From: Trichosphaerium sp. ATCC 40318
Taxonomy: Eukaryota; Protista; Tubulinea
DNA length: 64,000 bases
Assembly: GCA_038496445.1 (NCBI GenBank)
Contig: JALMLS010000065.1
Span: 372,001 to 436,000 of the forward strand
Reading direction: 5' to 3'
The stretch's first letter is position 1. Each line of letters opens with the position of its first letter. Positions 1 to 13,947 of this stretch are shown here, piece after piece. The notes under the pieces are model-generated. The model was given only the letters and a program-made list of their open reading frames with translations. It was not told the DNA's origin and ran no database searches. Made by a program: the position numbers and the translations under genes.

Positions 1-70
1 CACTTGATTCCAAAACGGGAGCATAGTTTAAGGTAAAAAATAATAAAACAAACACGCACGACCACATCTA

Positions 71-2172
71 ATGAAGACAAGTATTTTGGTTCTATCACTA
101 TTGTATTGCGTAGTACAATCTTTAGCTGTTATGACTCTCAATGTTAACCCTTGGAGAGTTGTAACAACGTACAGTACTGGTACTAATCAGTTCCTAATGC
201 TGTGGAAGGACCCAAGCTCAGATTAGTACGTTAAACAACTATCTATTTTCAATCAACTAATTCAACCTAGTCACTTCGAAGGCATCTTCTACAATGAATT
301 CACAGAAGTGACGAGGTCTATTTACGTTGATTCATTTTGTCGTATAGCTCCTGATTCTAATAATCATAAGTGGCTTCAATACGATATTGAATATGGTCCT
401 CGCAATAAATTCAATGTTGTATATGCTTGTGCGGTGGATGGAACAACACACCTCGCTATAACATTTTTGGATGAAAATGGCTCCTACGCGGGCTACAAAC
501 GCAATCTTCTTAATTACGGAGTAATAGGAGATATGAGGCCTACTGTAACTCATGGAACTGTCCAGGATACTATGTTAGTAACATTTCATGAGGGTTCGGG
601 CGCTAAACGATTGTTTATGAGAGGTGGAGACCTGCAATCGTGTTGTGATTCTCTCGCTGCTACCGTTACTGCTCCAAAGATTATGGCTTACGACCTCCCT
701 TGGACCGACAAATTATTTGTCTATTCTTGGGAGGGTTTTATTCCCTATCCTAATTCGAGACCAACTGCTGGTGGTATTATAAATGCTAATTCTGGTACAA
801 TGACTACATTAAATGAAATTCAGCGACGTGGTGTTTCGTTTGCACATAGTTCAAATGGCAATTTCGTCTCTCTAAGCCGTAATCAACATTCGCGTGTAGT
901 GTTTAGCGGTATGAATTATTTTTATTTGTCTTGGTTACACGTAAACTAAATTATTCTGTTTCATAGATAACAGTGGCACTACGTTTACACTAGGGAATCA
1001 ACCAAGTGTGCCAATCAAAATTATTTACTTTGCAGCTATTCATAAGTTTGTTGCTGTTACATGGGATGCCACTGCCAGCAAGATCAGAGTGTATACAATA
1101 CATGAAGATACGTAAGTCTCACCTACCGTTTCGTTCATTATTTTTACTATTACCATCTAACTAATGTAGCTATGCTATAACTGATGAAGAAGAAATTACT
1201 TTAACTGATGTGCCTACAGAAAACTATTTTTTCGATGTACATATTGGTACTTGCAATCTACTGTTGACTTCTCTTGTTGATTCAAAAGCACAATTCAATC
1301 TCTTCAAAAGGATATGTGCTTCTCCAACGACCGCATCACCAACAATGCCACCAACAACAATGCCGCCAACAACAATCCCGCCAACAACAATGCCGCCAAC
1401 AACAATCCCGCCAACAACAATCCCTCCAACAACTGTAGCTCCTACAACAGGAGCGCCGTTGACTACTGAGCAAACCGTTTCACCTACCTCTCCAAATACA
1501 TGTGCACAGCAAACTGGTGTACTAACCGATGATCAGTGCGTGTGCGGTGGATATCCTCAACCTTTGGAGCGTTGTTTGTGTATTGATAACAAGTGGACTT
1601 TGTTTGGTGACTTTTATGTACCAATCTTGTTTACTTTAAAAGTGCCATTAGTAATTCAAGGTATTTATAATATTACTTATCGCTACTTACTCTAACTTTA
1701 ATTAAGGTTCAATGTGGTGGCAACAAGATAGTCAGATAATATTCGATAGACAAGGAGTAATAGAAGTAACACAGTGTGTGTTTGAACAAGGTATTTATTG
1801 CGAAAACACTTCTTTTACAGTTTTCTTGTTATTGTACTAAGTGCCACTCTTTTAGAAAAAGCTAAAGTCACAATCAAAAATATCTCAACAGTAGGACCTC
1901 TTATTGATTTCAAAGGATCACAATGTACTGCTATTCTATCGCCTGGTCAAGAAGAAAGTGAACCTGGAAAAGGGGATGAACCACTTTTGAAAGTAGTCAT
2001 TTTTCTTAGTGGACTTGTACTACTTGCATTACTTATTGTGATTCCAACTGTTTTGTGGTTAGTTTTCAAGGTTAAAAAAGCGCGAAATAGTAAAAATACA
2101 GCGCGAAATAGCAAAAATACAGCACGAAATAGCACAAATACAGCACGAAATACCAAAAATACAAATAAATAA
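71..2172 (+). CDS. Multi-exon single-pass (type I) cell-surface protein with PT-rich stalk
   Basis: ATG at 71 opens a signal-like MKTSILVLSLLYCVV. GT-AG introns join ORFs 308-949, 1210-1695 and 1798-2172. A PPTT(M/I) stalk and a Cys-rich segment precede a TM helix (VVIFLSGLVLLALLIVIPTVLWLVF) and a basic repetitive tail. Confidence 0.7.
1351..1434 (+). repeat. 15-bp coding tandem repeat (PTTMP/PTTIP, about 5.5 copies)
   Basis: ccaacaacaat(g/c)cc(g/t) repeated five times plus a partial copy. Confidence 0.95.
2080..2163 (+). repeat. 21-bp coding tandem repeat (ARNSKNT-like, 4 copies)
   Basis: gcgcgaaatagcaaaaataca-type unit repeated four times just before the stop at 2172. Confidence 0.95.
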
Positions 2173-2911
2173 AACATGTAAATATTCTACCATATTGCTG
2201 TTGACTTGCACAATATGTGCGTTGCTATTGAGATCACACTGTGTATGTACGAATATTAATCGTTCTGATAAGCAGATAGCTACAGCCACTAAAAGTTGAC
2301 TTGACTGCTTTTAGCACACGCACATCCTTATATGCAGTTTGCAAACCTGGGGTTGGTATGTAGACGGTTTACCACTCAGCTCTCGTTCGAAGGCCAACCT
2401 GCGGTTCAAAAGCGGTCCTAAAAACGAACCTTTACAACTTATATTTTGGCTTGCTGAGCCTTGTATTAACAAGCTGTTTACGATTGTGAGAAAGGAAGGA
2501 TGTCTTGCGATGCAAAATTTTTGGAAATGAGCTGGATACCAAATCCATCCTTCCACTTAAAGTATTAGCCAGTGATGCCGAAATTGAATTGTAGACTTTT
2601 CGAACGTTATGTAGCCAGCTACGCAAAAGCTGACCAGCACCACTGGTAGTGGTTAATAAAGCCCGACAACAGTATACCCGGACTACGATATCAGCGGTTA
2701 TTACTGTGGAACGAAATGAACAACCAAAACACCTACCGCACTAAAAAATGGGGTATATATTTTGTCCGACGCGGTTATTAGCGTAAGAATACTACTTTAA
2801 ACAGTTTAAAGCAAGAAAAAATCTAGAAGTTCGGGAAGGTTCCAGAAGCGAAAAAACGCGAAATTTCTGTAAACGCTTAAAAAAACCTAAGTGCTAAATC
2901 ATCCTTCTATC

Positions 2912-4151
2912 ATGTCTGCAGCAGCTCCAAAAGTACTTGTAGTATTCTATTCAACATATGGACACAGTACGTCTATAAGCGATTGTTTAAAGCTTAGCCT
3001 CTGTTTCATAGTCTTTGCTATGGCCAAAGCTGTAGCCGAAGGTGCTACAAAGGCAGGAGCTGACGTAACTTTGATGCGCGTAGCCGAGACCTTACCTGAA
3101 GGTGCACTCAAGGCCATGCACGCTCTTGAAGCTCAAAAGCAGTTCGCTGATGTACGTTTATTGCATTCCAACCGGTAGTTTCACCAACGGTTGAGTACAT
3201 GTTTTGCATGCGTAGAATGACATCGCATCAACCGTCCTAGCCGTTTTTTTGTACTTCTTTCGCAACAGCGTGCAAACTCAAGAAAAACAAAACTGTTTCT
3301 CCTTTGCTTGCTTCCAAATCACACGTTCCTCAAGATTTTGTTGCTCACTCTCGTTGTTGTAGATTCCTATTGCTGATCCCAAGGACATCGGAAAATACGA
3401 CGCTGTTATCTTTGGCACTCCAACTCGCTTTGGTATGGCTTCCGCTCAAGTACGTTAACAATCTTCCACATCATTAGACAAAAGACCTTATAGTCTTAAT
3501 TAGATGAAAAACTTCCTTGACGCTACTGGCGGTGCTTGGTTCCAAGTAAGTTATTGATTTATGTTTCAAAAAAAAAAAACAGTTTTCTTACTTCGACTAC
3601 AGGGAGCCCTTGTTGGTAAAGTAGGTGGCGTTTTTACATCTTCTGGAACACAACATGGTGGTCAAGAATCTACTATACTCAGCATGCACACTGTTATGTT
3701 GCATCACGGTACAAAACACCATTTGTGTTGCTTTTTTCTTATTCTTTCAAAACAGGTATGGTCATTGCTGGCTTGCCATATTCCTTTACTGGCCAAAAGG
3801 GACACGAAACTGTTGGTACGTAGCATTCCATCTACTACAATAAAGAGCGAAAAAACATATGAACGCCATGCAACAATGAGACTTCTTTTTCGGTTGAGTC
3901 TTTTTTTATTGTTTTCTGATTTGGTTTCTTTAGTTGGTTGTTCACCATATGGTTCATCAACTATTGCTGGTGGTGATGGATCTCGCATGCCTTCTGATAC
4001 TGAGCTTGAAGGAGCTAGTTACCAAGGAACTTATATTGCCAACATTGCGAAGGCTCTTACAGGTACTTTTGTGATTTTTTCTCTTTCGGCTGCTCGTTAT
4101 TTATCTTGTGTACTAGCTGCTGGATCTGTTATTCCAAAAACCAAAGAATAA
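2912..4151 (+). CDS. wrbA: Flavodoxin-like NAD(P)H:quinone oxidoreductase (WrbA/Pst2 family), 7 introns
   Basis: Spliced motifs [35 protein letters not shown] and GDGSRMPS. Confidence 0.93.
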
Positions 4152-4272
4152 ACCAAGCGAGTAAACACCAGGGTTTTACGGGTGTTGTTTTTGAGCAAGA
4201 ATAAAAACCACAATCTTTGACAAACAAAATCTAACGCCCAATTGTACTTACATCACCATGTTATTGTTGAAA

Positions 4273-4597
4273 TCAATTTGAAGCTTTATTGAGTACAACA
4301 AAGGTAGCTGTAAAAACAAATGTATGATAGGAAAGTTAAAATAGCTTACTTGGGTTCCATACGCGTGGAATATAATAGCTAAAGCCGAGCGGCGTACAAT
4401 TACAGCTTTTGCATTTGTACAAACCCAAAAACGGCTCGAGTCGGTGTAAACGCACTACAATAAGTTGCAATGACCAAACTGCGCTCAAAACACCAAAAGC
4501 AAATACTGCACTTTTAGAAAAACAACCAAAAAAAACAAGTCCGTCACTAACCTTTACTGTGCGGCGTAATAAGCACTCGGTTACCGGACATATTCAT
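4273..4597 (-). CDS. Candidate 78-aa three-exon microprotein (one hydrophobic helix, CxxCxC)
   Basis: Exons 4597-4552, 4505-4350 and 4307-4273 join in frame through 46-nt (gttagt..cag) and 42-nt (gtaagc..cag) introns. No recognisable homology. Confidence 0.35.
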
Positions 4598-4803
4598 AGT
4601 TTCTTAGGCAGCGTAGACGCCAAACAAAAAAAAAAATAAAATGGAGAATTGCGGAAGCTAAAAGAATTCAAGCACCCTTTTTTTGTTCCAAATCACGTGA
4701 TTTATTTATTTTATCTACAAGTAACGCCGCAAGTTTTTCCGACGCTTAATCTCACGTGAGCATCAATTTCATCACAATCGCGTGTTTCATTCTACCCTCA
4801 TCG

Positions 4804-4998
4804 TCATAGGTCGTCATCAAGGCTATACATCAAACCCTGTGCTGGCTTCTTTTTTGAAAATACCCTCTTAAATGCGTTTGGTTTTTTAGGTCCTTTTGCT
4901 GCCTTCTTTCTTCTCGCTTCCTCAGGGTGGAAAATTTTCTTTTTTGGTTGATCTATGTATGTTCTATGGCTTTCCTGTGTCATTATGCTGCTGCTCAT
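4804..4998 (-). CDS. Small Lys-rich hypothetical protein (64 aa)
   Basis: Intronless ATG-initiated ORF in an A-rich context (aacaacATG) with protein-like composition; no family recognised. Confidence 0.4.
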   Translation of the reverse strand: MSSSIMTQESHRTYIDQPKKKIFHPEEARRKKAAKGPKKPNAFKRVFSKKKPAQGLMYSLDDDL

Positions 4999-5386
4999 GT
5001 TGTTTTATGTATTTGTGGTTCTAACGGAATGATTTCTAAACGCACTTAATCTTTACTGGATAAAATTCCGTTCACTGACTTTGACTTAAGCCTGTGTTGC
5101 GATCACCACGAAGATCCACGGTGATACAGATTTAGGAATAAACAGCATTGTTATGCATAGGCGACAAGACCCTCAACGGAGTTTTACACTCGTAGATTCT
5201 TGAGAACTTGAATCACATGAATTGCTGTTCTTGTTGACGTTCAAATTAGGAATAATCACGTTTGTTGAATAGAATGAAGGCCTGTATTGATCCGTATAAA
5301 TGTATTTTTTTACAACGACCATGCCTTCCCATCTTTGACAGGAGTTTTTAGTGAACGGAAGCTCACTTTATTGGTACTGTTTTTTG

Positions 5387-6022
5387 CTAATATCTAATAT
5401 AAGATTTCACCCAGTTCTCGCTATCAGGAGGAGCAGAGAACTTAATAGCGTTTGGGCATATTCTAGGTTCCCTTTTTCTATGTCTCACATACCCAACACT
5501 ACAATTGGTTAGCGTATTGCGCTGAAAAATCTTCGATTTATGTAGCCAAATAGTTACACATTTTTTTTGTCCAGGACGAACAGAAAGCTGAGAATGGTGG
5601 TCTGGAAACTGAAGAGAAAGAAACACAACACGAGTCCTGTACTCATAATCATTATACTCTAATAAGGAGCTGTAGATTCTCTTTACCCTTGATGCCTTTA
5701 CGTAACACTGAACAATCATTGGCTGCCATTCTGCTAATGTGCCAAGAATAAGTGGTCTTAGCATTACAACACAAAAAGACTTCAGCGGAGAGTTCCATTC
5801 TTGTTTTAGAAGTACGTTGTAAGTCCTTTTCCATGAGTTCTTGACAATACGCTTGTGTTGTTGAAAATCACGTTTACAGAGCTTCTGCCAGTGATACCAT
5901 GGTACACAATTGCTCCAAGACTTGCACACACGCGTGCACGTCATCAATTGAGGTCCATCTAAGACATCAAGCAATAACTGCATCCATAGTCGTTTATCAA
6001 CTCTGCTGCGCTGTGAAGTCAT
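5387..6022 (-). CDS. Intronless F-box-like protein
   Basis: N-terminal LWMQLLLDVLDGPQLMTCTRVCKSW followed by WQKLCKRDF and SWKRTY, the F-box plus typical downstream W-motifs. Confidence 0.7.
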   Translation of the reverse strand: MTSQRSRVDKRLWMQLLLDVLDGPQLMTCTRVCKSWSNCVPWYHWQKLCKRDFQQHKRIVKNSWKRTYNVLLKQEWNSPLKSFCVVMLRPLILGTLAEWQPMIVQCYVKASRVKRIYSSLLEYNDYEYRTRVVFLSLQFPDHHSQLSVRPGQKKCVTIWLHKSKIFQRNTLTNCSVGYVRHRKREPRICPNAIKFSAPPDSENWVKSYIRY

Positions 6023-6756
6023 GTTACGCTAATAAATAACAAGTATGGCGGCAAAATAAGCTAATACTCCTTAAAAGGTGACCTATTGCGTATTCACTGC
6101 AGAAATAGATGTAATCAAAGTACAGGTGCGTTTCTTGTGGATTTGTGTTCCGTTTTGATGCTCTAGACGCTATTTTTACACGTTTCTTAACGTACATGAC
6201 TTAGCACCAACGCTAATATGTAAGCGCCCACTTTTTAAAACAAGATAATTCATGCTCTTGAAAATAGTTTTTAATGATTGACGCTTTACATAATAGTAGC
6301 CATACATATTGCGAATAACATGCTTCAAAGTATTACGTATTCACTTATAGTAATGTAGTCTACAACAACTGTAAAAAATAGGCTACATTTTGTTACTTTA
6401 CATATTGTTTAGCTAAGTCGTACTCATTGCACATATTTTCATTTTTTTTCTTGCCACTTTGGTTAGATGTAAACGATTGTATTTCATAACATATTTGATC
6501 GTTATTTAAAAGTAAATTCCCTACAGAGTGCCTCAAATATGGGAGTTTGTTGAATGGGATTTTGTTGAAATTCAATGCTTGCTGCACACTAAGCTGACGT
6601 TTTATTTTTGGATTCAAGAATAATTGCTTTAACTTTTTTTAGTGTTCTTTTCCTGCCTTGGTTGCTTGGAGTCTTGCAAAAAAGGAAATTCATCTTCAAC
6701 GGCTTTAAAAAAGGTTTTTATTTACAAGGGAGCATAATAGTGGGTATACTATACTA

Positions 6757-7023
<267 letters not shown>

Positions 7024-7135
7024 TTAAACTTGGTGGTATTCCTTTCTTTGAACGTAACAGTTTTGAAGAAAAAAGCAAACAAGATCCAGATTCTGAAATG
7101 AATTCCGTTTGTTTAACATGTATTTATCGATTTCC

Positions 7136-10100
7136 TTAGCACATTTTCTGAGCATTAGCTCTAGTGCTATTTTTTATTTTACATTTTTGTTACTTCGTCC
7201 AATTTTTTTTACGTTCATAGTAAAGTACTTACATTCCTTAGGAGTTTCTCACATTCTATTGATTTATATTCTACAGCCTAAGTCGATTATGTTAGCAAAG
7301 CTTTAAAAAAAATACCGAGAACAAAAAAAGAAAATTGGTTGGACACATACTAAGTCAAGCGCAGTTTTACCACTTTCATTGGTCCATTCTACGTCACTAC
7401 AAGGTAATAGTACTTTTAATGACGATAAATGACCACCGATAGCTGCCTACAGTTACAATTTAGAATACAATTTGAACACTAACAAACAACTTCTGAAACA
7501 ATACCTTTTGCAGAGGTGTCTCAAATTTAGCATCAACACATTTTGAGTAAGCACCTCTTTCCAATAACTTACTAACAAGCTCCAACTTTCCATTTGAAGT
7601 CGCAGCATGGAGAGGTGTGCGCAATTCTAAAGAACAATAGTAAGTACACTGAGTCTCAAGTCTTGATACAAAACTGTCAACTAAACAAAAAGTGTAGGTA
7701 CCTTTGCTCAACGCGTTGATATTTACATTAGCGCTTACTAACAAGTTGAATGCATCCGAATAACCACTTGAAACAGCATAATGAAGTGGTGTCATACCAC
7801 GTTCATCAACAGATGAAGGATCAGCACCTTGTTCAAGGAACCACGAGATAATCTAATATTGATAAGTTTAGTTTAAAAAAAAGTTTTGTGGTTTCTTTCA
7901 AAAAAGATCGTACTTTGTCACGTGTATCAACATCACTTGAACAAGATATATGCATACAAGTTTTATTATTACTTGTCAAAGCATCTAATTCAACACCACT
8001 CTTTATCAACTCTTTAATACAATCCAGGTGACCTTTTAGAAGAAAAAACAGAGTTAGCCGCCTTCTTAGGAACAAGCTACTATAATTAAAATAAAGTGTA
8101 CCATTAGAAGCAGCCACATGTATAGGTTGGTTTCCATGATTATCTTTAATAGCAGTGGCACAACCCTTAAAAGTATTTAATGAGTACAAAACAAAGCTTT
8201 TTTTTTTCAGTTATTTGCTTACCAGTGAAATAAGAAGCGCTACCATATCCGCATAACCATACAGGCATGCAAAATGCATAACAGTTGATCCACCATTATC
8301 CACAATATCATGTGGTACACCTTAAGACGTAGGTACTTAATTGAAACGTAAAACAAAACAGCAAACATACCAACTTCTGTTATCAACCATTTAGCTATAT
8401 TAACATTACCAGACGATACGCCATGGTGTAGAACACTAATTCCTTTACTATCACTAGCAGTAGCATCATCTCCAGCCTATATAAGTATAAGCGTACATAG
8501 TGATATGTTAAGTCGTGTAGCTTACCTTAAGCAATAGCTTACATACTTCATCTCTTCCAAGCTGAGCTGCAAGGTGCATAGGTGTTGCGTCCTTTGATTT
8601 TTGGACTTTACACTGCCCCTTCTCAATAAGCCAAGCAACCAAGTCCTGTCCGCAATGTACTGCTAGATGAAGCATGGACGTTCCGTCTTTTGTGAGTGCG
8701 TTTACTGGAGCATTCGACTCAAGAAGTATCTGAGAAAACATTTTTGTAAGAAGACAAGTTGTTGAGGCTGAGGTATTATGCTTAAGCATACCTTTACAGA
8801 AGCGAGGTATTTTGATTCTATTGCACAATGTAGAGGTGTCCATCCGTTGTTATCAGGTTGTACTATATCTACTAAGTCTACAACAAAATGTGAACAAAAG
8901 TCGTGTTAGGAGAAAAAAAAGTAAAAACTAAAAGCCTCACCAACAAGATAAGATACACACTCAAACTGGCGTTTAGAATTAGAACTAGCCGCCAAGTGTA
9001 ATGCAGTGCGCCCCTATATTTAAAATATAAATAAACAATTACAGAAAAACGTCGTGAAAGTAGAACTAAATTCAATAAAAAGTGCTAAAAAAAAGAGAAA
9101 AAAAAGTTCATTGAACACTGAATGTGATACTCAGTGATGAAGACCTTTTAAAATCATACAAAACAGTAAATAAAGCATTCTTCTAGGGATAACCCACGCG
9201 AGGAATTGTGTAGTACAAAAAAAGAAGCCGTACAATATTATCCTTCAGTGCTAACAATTCTGGTTTCTTACTTGACAGGTACGTAATACACTCCAAAGCG
9301 CCTACTTTTGAAGCCCAGTGAAGAGGTGTATACCCTAACTTATCTCTGCGCTCAATATCTGCTCCTTTGTTGTATAGTAACTCGATTAATTCCAGGTTAC
9401 CCTTCTCAGCAGCACGATGTAATGGTGTAATACCATTTTTATCGCAAACATTCAAATCGGCTCCTTTGGTTACAAGCACTTCTACACATTCATAAAAATC
9501 TCCTGATGTAGCTAGTAAGAGAGCTGTATTTCCATTCTCATCAGTGGCATTAGTGCGAATTGATGGATCTTTGACGAGTGCAAGTAAAATGTCCTTCTCT
9601 AATGTTAAGATGTTAGGTTTACTTAATCATTAATCATTTGCTATGACGTGCTTCCAGTGTAGCAGCTATTGTGAAGTGCTGTACGACCAAACCTGTCTTG
9701 CAAATTGATGTTTGCCTTTTTGTTGAGAAGTAACTCAACTATACTCTCATGACCATACTGTACCGCAACATGTAAAGGCCCATAACGTTCCCTTTAGAGT
9801 AATTATTTTAAAATGAAGAATAAATTTTAATCGTACTTGTTGTGATTGTGCTCTATGTCATGCTTTTCTCTCAATAACATATTAACTACTTTTATATCAC
9901 CAAGTTTAATAGATGACATCAAAGGTGAGTAGCCATGCCTATCAGGAATATCAAGCTAGATAACAAAACTGTTAACATCAAACAAAGAAAGAAAAAAAAA
10001 ACGTACCTTCAGTCCTGTATCTAACAGTAGCTTTATGATATTTTCATGACCTCCTTTACAAGCACTATGTAATGGTGTGTTGCCATTTTCGTCACGAATA

Positions 10101-13100
10101 CTGACATTAGCACCCTGAATACTAGAATAAGACTGTGACCTTTAAAAACCAGCATCGTGATGTACATTCTCAAGTAACAATACTGCGATTTCAACATGTC
10201 CATTTATAGCTGCAGAATGTAGAGGTGTATTCAACCTCACTGATCTTTGATTCACGTCTGCTTTTCTATCTACTAGTAATTTACATATGTTCAAATCACC
10301 GTTCAAAGCAGCCGCATGAAGTGGTGAAACACAAAGAGAATCGACTGCTTGTAGATTTGCACCCTACAAAAAAAAGAAAAAAGTGAGTTATTTTCTCGTT
10401 TACTTTAATCTTATTATGTACATTTTCAGCAAGAAATTTTGTACAGTTCCAGTGGCTATTACTTATAGCACAAGAGATAGGTGTTACGGATTCATCCTGT
10501 AAGAAAAAAATCAGAAAACAGAAAAAACTACTTTGAAGAAAAAAGAAAACAAGAGTTTTATCATACCGCTGTTTTTGCAGTGACGTCAAATTTGTGTTTT
10601 AAAACAAGTGTTTTTAGTAATTCTATCTTCCCTGCAGCTGCAGTATAATGAAGAAGTGTCTTTCCTAATAATAGTTGTTAGACTCAAACTCGAAAAACAA
10701 CTTTGTTGAAATCTTGGTGGTTAGTACCTTGTTTATCAGGTTGATTCTTGAGATGTGGTACTTGCTTCAACATAAACTCAACACAAGCCCAATTATTACT
10801 CTTAGCAGCAATTTGAAGAGCAGTTTGACCTTCAACATTAGTATCAAGAAGGTCAACTCCTGCTGATATCAACTTTTTAAGTGTGTTAACTTTTCCAGAA
10901 AGAGCGCTAGCGTGAAGTACTGTCATACCCTATAAACCAAATAAACAAGGATAAACAATAACACAACAATAACAAAGGAAACTATAACTTACCGACTTGG
11001 ACTTTGTGGATGTTAAAGCGCCACGATCAAGTAAGACATCAACGCATTTATCTTGGCTACAAGATACAGCAACCATTAAAGGTGTACTTCCTTTAGAATC
11101 TTTGGCATTTAGAGGAGCCTTCCTTTGAAGAAGTAACTCCAATGCTACTAAGTTACCTACTGCTACTGCAGCGTGTAAAATAGTTTGTCCTTTAGCTCTA
11201 GTATCAACATCGGCACCATTCTCAAGAAACAAATGAACCATTTGATTACATCCTTGAGATACAGCTACAAAGAATATTGAGGGATTTTGTGTGGATTAGA
11301 GGTAGGTATACTATACCTAAGAATAATGGGGTCATGCCATTCTTATCTTTTGCGTTTATATCAATCCCATGAGAAATCAAAAGTTCAGCTATTTTTTCAA
11401 ATTTGTACAATGTAGCCTAAACGTCAATGAGTAAGAAAAAGCTTCTACTACTATAATAACAACAAAAGGGGATTTGTTATTTTTACTTACTTGGTGTAGC
11501 TCAGTATGACCATCTTTATCTTTTATGAAACGTGCACCTAAGGGTACGTTTAAGTGAAAGGAAAAAATAGTTTATCTTTTTATTTCTGTCGACGAAGACA
11601 ACGTAAAATAAAATAGCAGTATCAGTAAAACTAGTATTATGCTTACCACTATACAAAAGCATTTTTACACAATCCAGGGAACGACATATTATAGCTTCAT
11701 GTAATGCAGTGAATCCGCTTTTTTTCTATTTAAAAACCACTTAGAGAACAATAACAAAAGCAATAAGTAATAATCACCTCAACAGCATTGACCTCTGCGC
11801 CAGTAGAAATGAGGAGAGCAAGTGTAGTTATATTAGCAGTATTAGCTGCAAGCATAAGTGGTGTGACATCCTCACAAGTTTTCGCATTAACATCGGCTTC
11901 TACAGCATAGTTAGTATTGTAAGGTAAACAGCTTTTTAGTATTTTCTTCGTACCATCTACAAGAAGTAGATTCAAAGCTGGTGCTTGAGAATTACTAGCT
12001 GCGACATGTAGTGGAGATATATCCAACATATTTTTGGCATTGGCGTCAGCTCCTTTCGAAAGCAATAAGGCAACACAACAAATCTATAAAGGTAAGATTG
12101 GCTAATTTACAAAAAGTTCTTGTAGGAGTTTTTGCACTTACATGTCCCAATCCTGACGCTAGATGTAATGGAGTATTCTTACGTTTATCTCTAATATTAG
12201 TATCTGATTTACGCTCCAATAAATACAATAAACAATCAGAAGCGTTACTAGAAGCAGCAAAGAATATTGGTGTTTTTCCAAGATCATCCTTACTTTCAAC
12301 ATCTGCTCCACGTTGTAGTAGCCGCCTACATATGATATCAATACCTTAAAATAATATCAAGAAGGAATACCTTATACTCCATGAAGATGGTAGAACAGAA
12401 GCTAGATGCAACGCAGATAAACCATGGTCAACAGTAGCATTAATTTCTGATGTATCTGCAAAAAATTATTTAGACATCTTGGAAGTGTAACTCTTTGCTT
12501 CACCTTTTAGAAGTATCCTCTTTACATCTTCTGGTTCATTTGCCAATATATGTAAGTGTAATTCTGGCCATACACGCTTCAGAAAGTAAGATATATGAAG
12601 TCTGTACGCTCGAGAATAAAACATATATACAACTCACTCTATCGGAAATCAGAGTCTTTGCTAGGTAGGTATGTCCTAACACGATGTTAGTTTGCTACCA
12701 CAACTGTAAAAGTCACGCACCTCTCAAAACTGCAAAATAGAATGGTGTCATACCATCTTCATCTACAACATCCAAAGAAGCACCTAAAAACAACAATTAA
12801 TAAATAAAATAAATAAATTAAAATGTTCAAAAAGTAATGTATCTTGCAAACCAAAGTACAGTTTTAGATTAATCTAACAAGTTACACAAGCTACTTACCA
12901 CCTTCAATCAACGAATGAGCGCATTTATTATGGCCAGAATAAGCAGCAAAGTGCAAAGGAGTCCATCCATTCTTATCTATACACGTGGACATTAATACCA
13001 CACAAGACTGACAACTTGTGTCCTGCGCTTATAAATAACGTACCACGGCCATTCAAGTCCTCAGGTTCAATCAAAATTACAATATTTATCAAAATGTCTA

Positions 13101-13518
13101 TTATCCCGATTTCGGCTGCAATATGTAGACTAGTCTTTCCAGAGTCGTGTGGATGCCTCCACATAAGAGCGGCTAAAGTTTGGTTTGTATTACAGTAATT
13201 TTGGCACTTTTTTGCAATCTTGAGCGCCAAAGCGCTGGAAACGCATTCTATGTAAATATAATGCGCGGTTGGCGGTTTTATACCTTTTCCGTGTGCTTTT
13301 AGTAATTTTCTAGATGTTAATACATCTGAGCGAGCTATGGCTTCGTATAGACGCTAAAAGTGTTACCAATCTAAAGCCATAAAAAGCTGTACCTGTCCTG
13401 GCGGTTTTTCTTTACGCATTGCCATAATTTGTAGCTTGGCATTGCGTCGCTGCTGTAATCTACCACCACTACCATCTTTTTGTATTATTCTTTGGTAGCT
13501 TCCACTGCTATGCTCCAT
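7136..13518 (-). CDS. Large multi-exon ankyrin-repeat protein (roughly 30 repeats)
   Basis: Many exons carry G-x-T-P/A-L-H-x-A motifs (GITPLHRAAEKG, GYTPLHWASKVG, GQTALQIAA). The 3' end is uncertain (7216 or 7136). Confidence 0.88.
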
Positions 13519-13947
13519 CTAAACCCTTCACACTACTCAACGCCAAGTAATATCATGTCAGTAGCAATAAAGCGTTTGTAAAAGCCTGAAAAGGGTTTTA
13601 AGCGACCCAATAAACCAACTTTGGTAAGCTCTTTTCACAAAACAGTGAAGCGATAATCTTCCAGGCAGACGCGTAGTACAGTACTTTTTTCAAATGCCAC
13701 AACGTTCATTCTGCAAATGCTCAATGCTGCCGCATCGAATATGGTAACAGTGTTTGTAGTATGTTTCTACAGTTGATACAGCGCCTACACACTGCTCAAA
13801 GGTCGCAAAGAAAAAATTACGCTATAATCTTGCACGTGTCACTTCGTCTATTGCTGTAAGCATACTTCTTACTACAACCAGCACTACAAGCGAAATATTA
13901 GTGTAATTTGCTTGACTTTAAAGTTCATTTGTTGTGAACAGTCCAAC

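Noticed and set aside
2311-2700. Short ORFs or a U4/SRP-like RNA in the GC-richer intergenic stretch
   Set aside because: Only fragmentary resemblance: no kink-turn, Sm site or SRP helix-8 motif, and the ORFs are unrecognisable.
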